Shown: positions 63,995 to 64,000 of the stretch, piece by piece
Layout: every line of letters begins with the position of its first letter
How positions within the stretch are numbered: the stretch's first letter is position 1
Source of the DNA: a virus
Length of the DNA stretch: 64,000 nt
Virus record (IMG/VR): IMGVR_UViG_3300000553_000005
Span: 32,001 to 96,000 of that record
Reading direction: 5' to 3' (one strand)
The notes under the pieces: model-generated
Told to the model about the DNA's origin: nothing
The model's input: the letters and a program-made list of their open reading frames with translations, nothing else
The model's database searches: none
Program-made: the position numbers and the translations under genes

Positions 63995-64000
63995 ATAACC

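Noticed and set aside
1-64000. Stop-codon reassignment (alternative genetic code)
   Set aside because: Standard-code ORFs tile the window densely, conserved enzymes are full length, and no CUA/UUA suppressor tRNA was found.
1-64000. CRISPR array or long tandem repeats
   Set aside because: No regularly spaced direct repeats were seen in any intergenic region.

Overview
AT-rich segment of a large (jumbo-type) tailed phage with a contractile tail; almost all genes lie on the + strand. 1-27.8 kb is the morphogenesis block: a terminase large subunit interrupted by two LAGLIDADG inteins, tail sheath, tail tube, prohead protease, scaffold, decoration protein, major capsid protein, neck/baseplate-like genes, and several modular proteins rich in K/R-x-A/S motifs that look like protease-processed internal head proteins. 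27.9-30.7 kb holds accessory genes (HExxH peptidase, hemerythrin, GH46-like lysin). 30.7-37.7 kb is the most unusual part, an RNA-gene island. It has 3 near-canonical tRNAs, 4 structurally aberrant tRNAs or tRNA mimics (class II body with a Lys anticodon; two-hairpin variable region; 41-nt insertion in a Leu anticodon; Ala-identity tRNA with no anticodon loop), a ~730-nt ornate structured RNA, about six ~80-135-nt stem-closed RNAs, two HNH homing endonucleases and a uORF-gated small gene. 37.7-64 kb carries DNA metabolism and accessory genes: methyltransferase-GT9 fusion, SNF2 helicase, SSB, DPPY methyltransferase, RuvC-like, RecA, split SbcC, SbcD, NAD-dependent ligase, phosphoesterases, HslV-like protease and an NFACT-R protein. 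Three recurring promoter-like motifs are visible. All calls come from motif reading by eye; no searches or folding programs were run.
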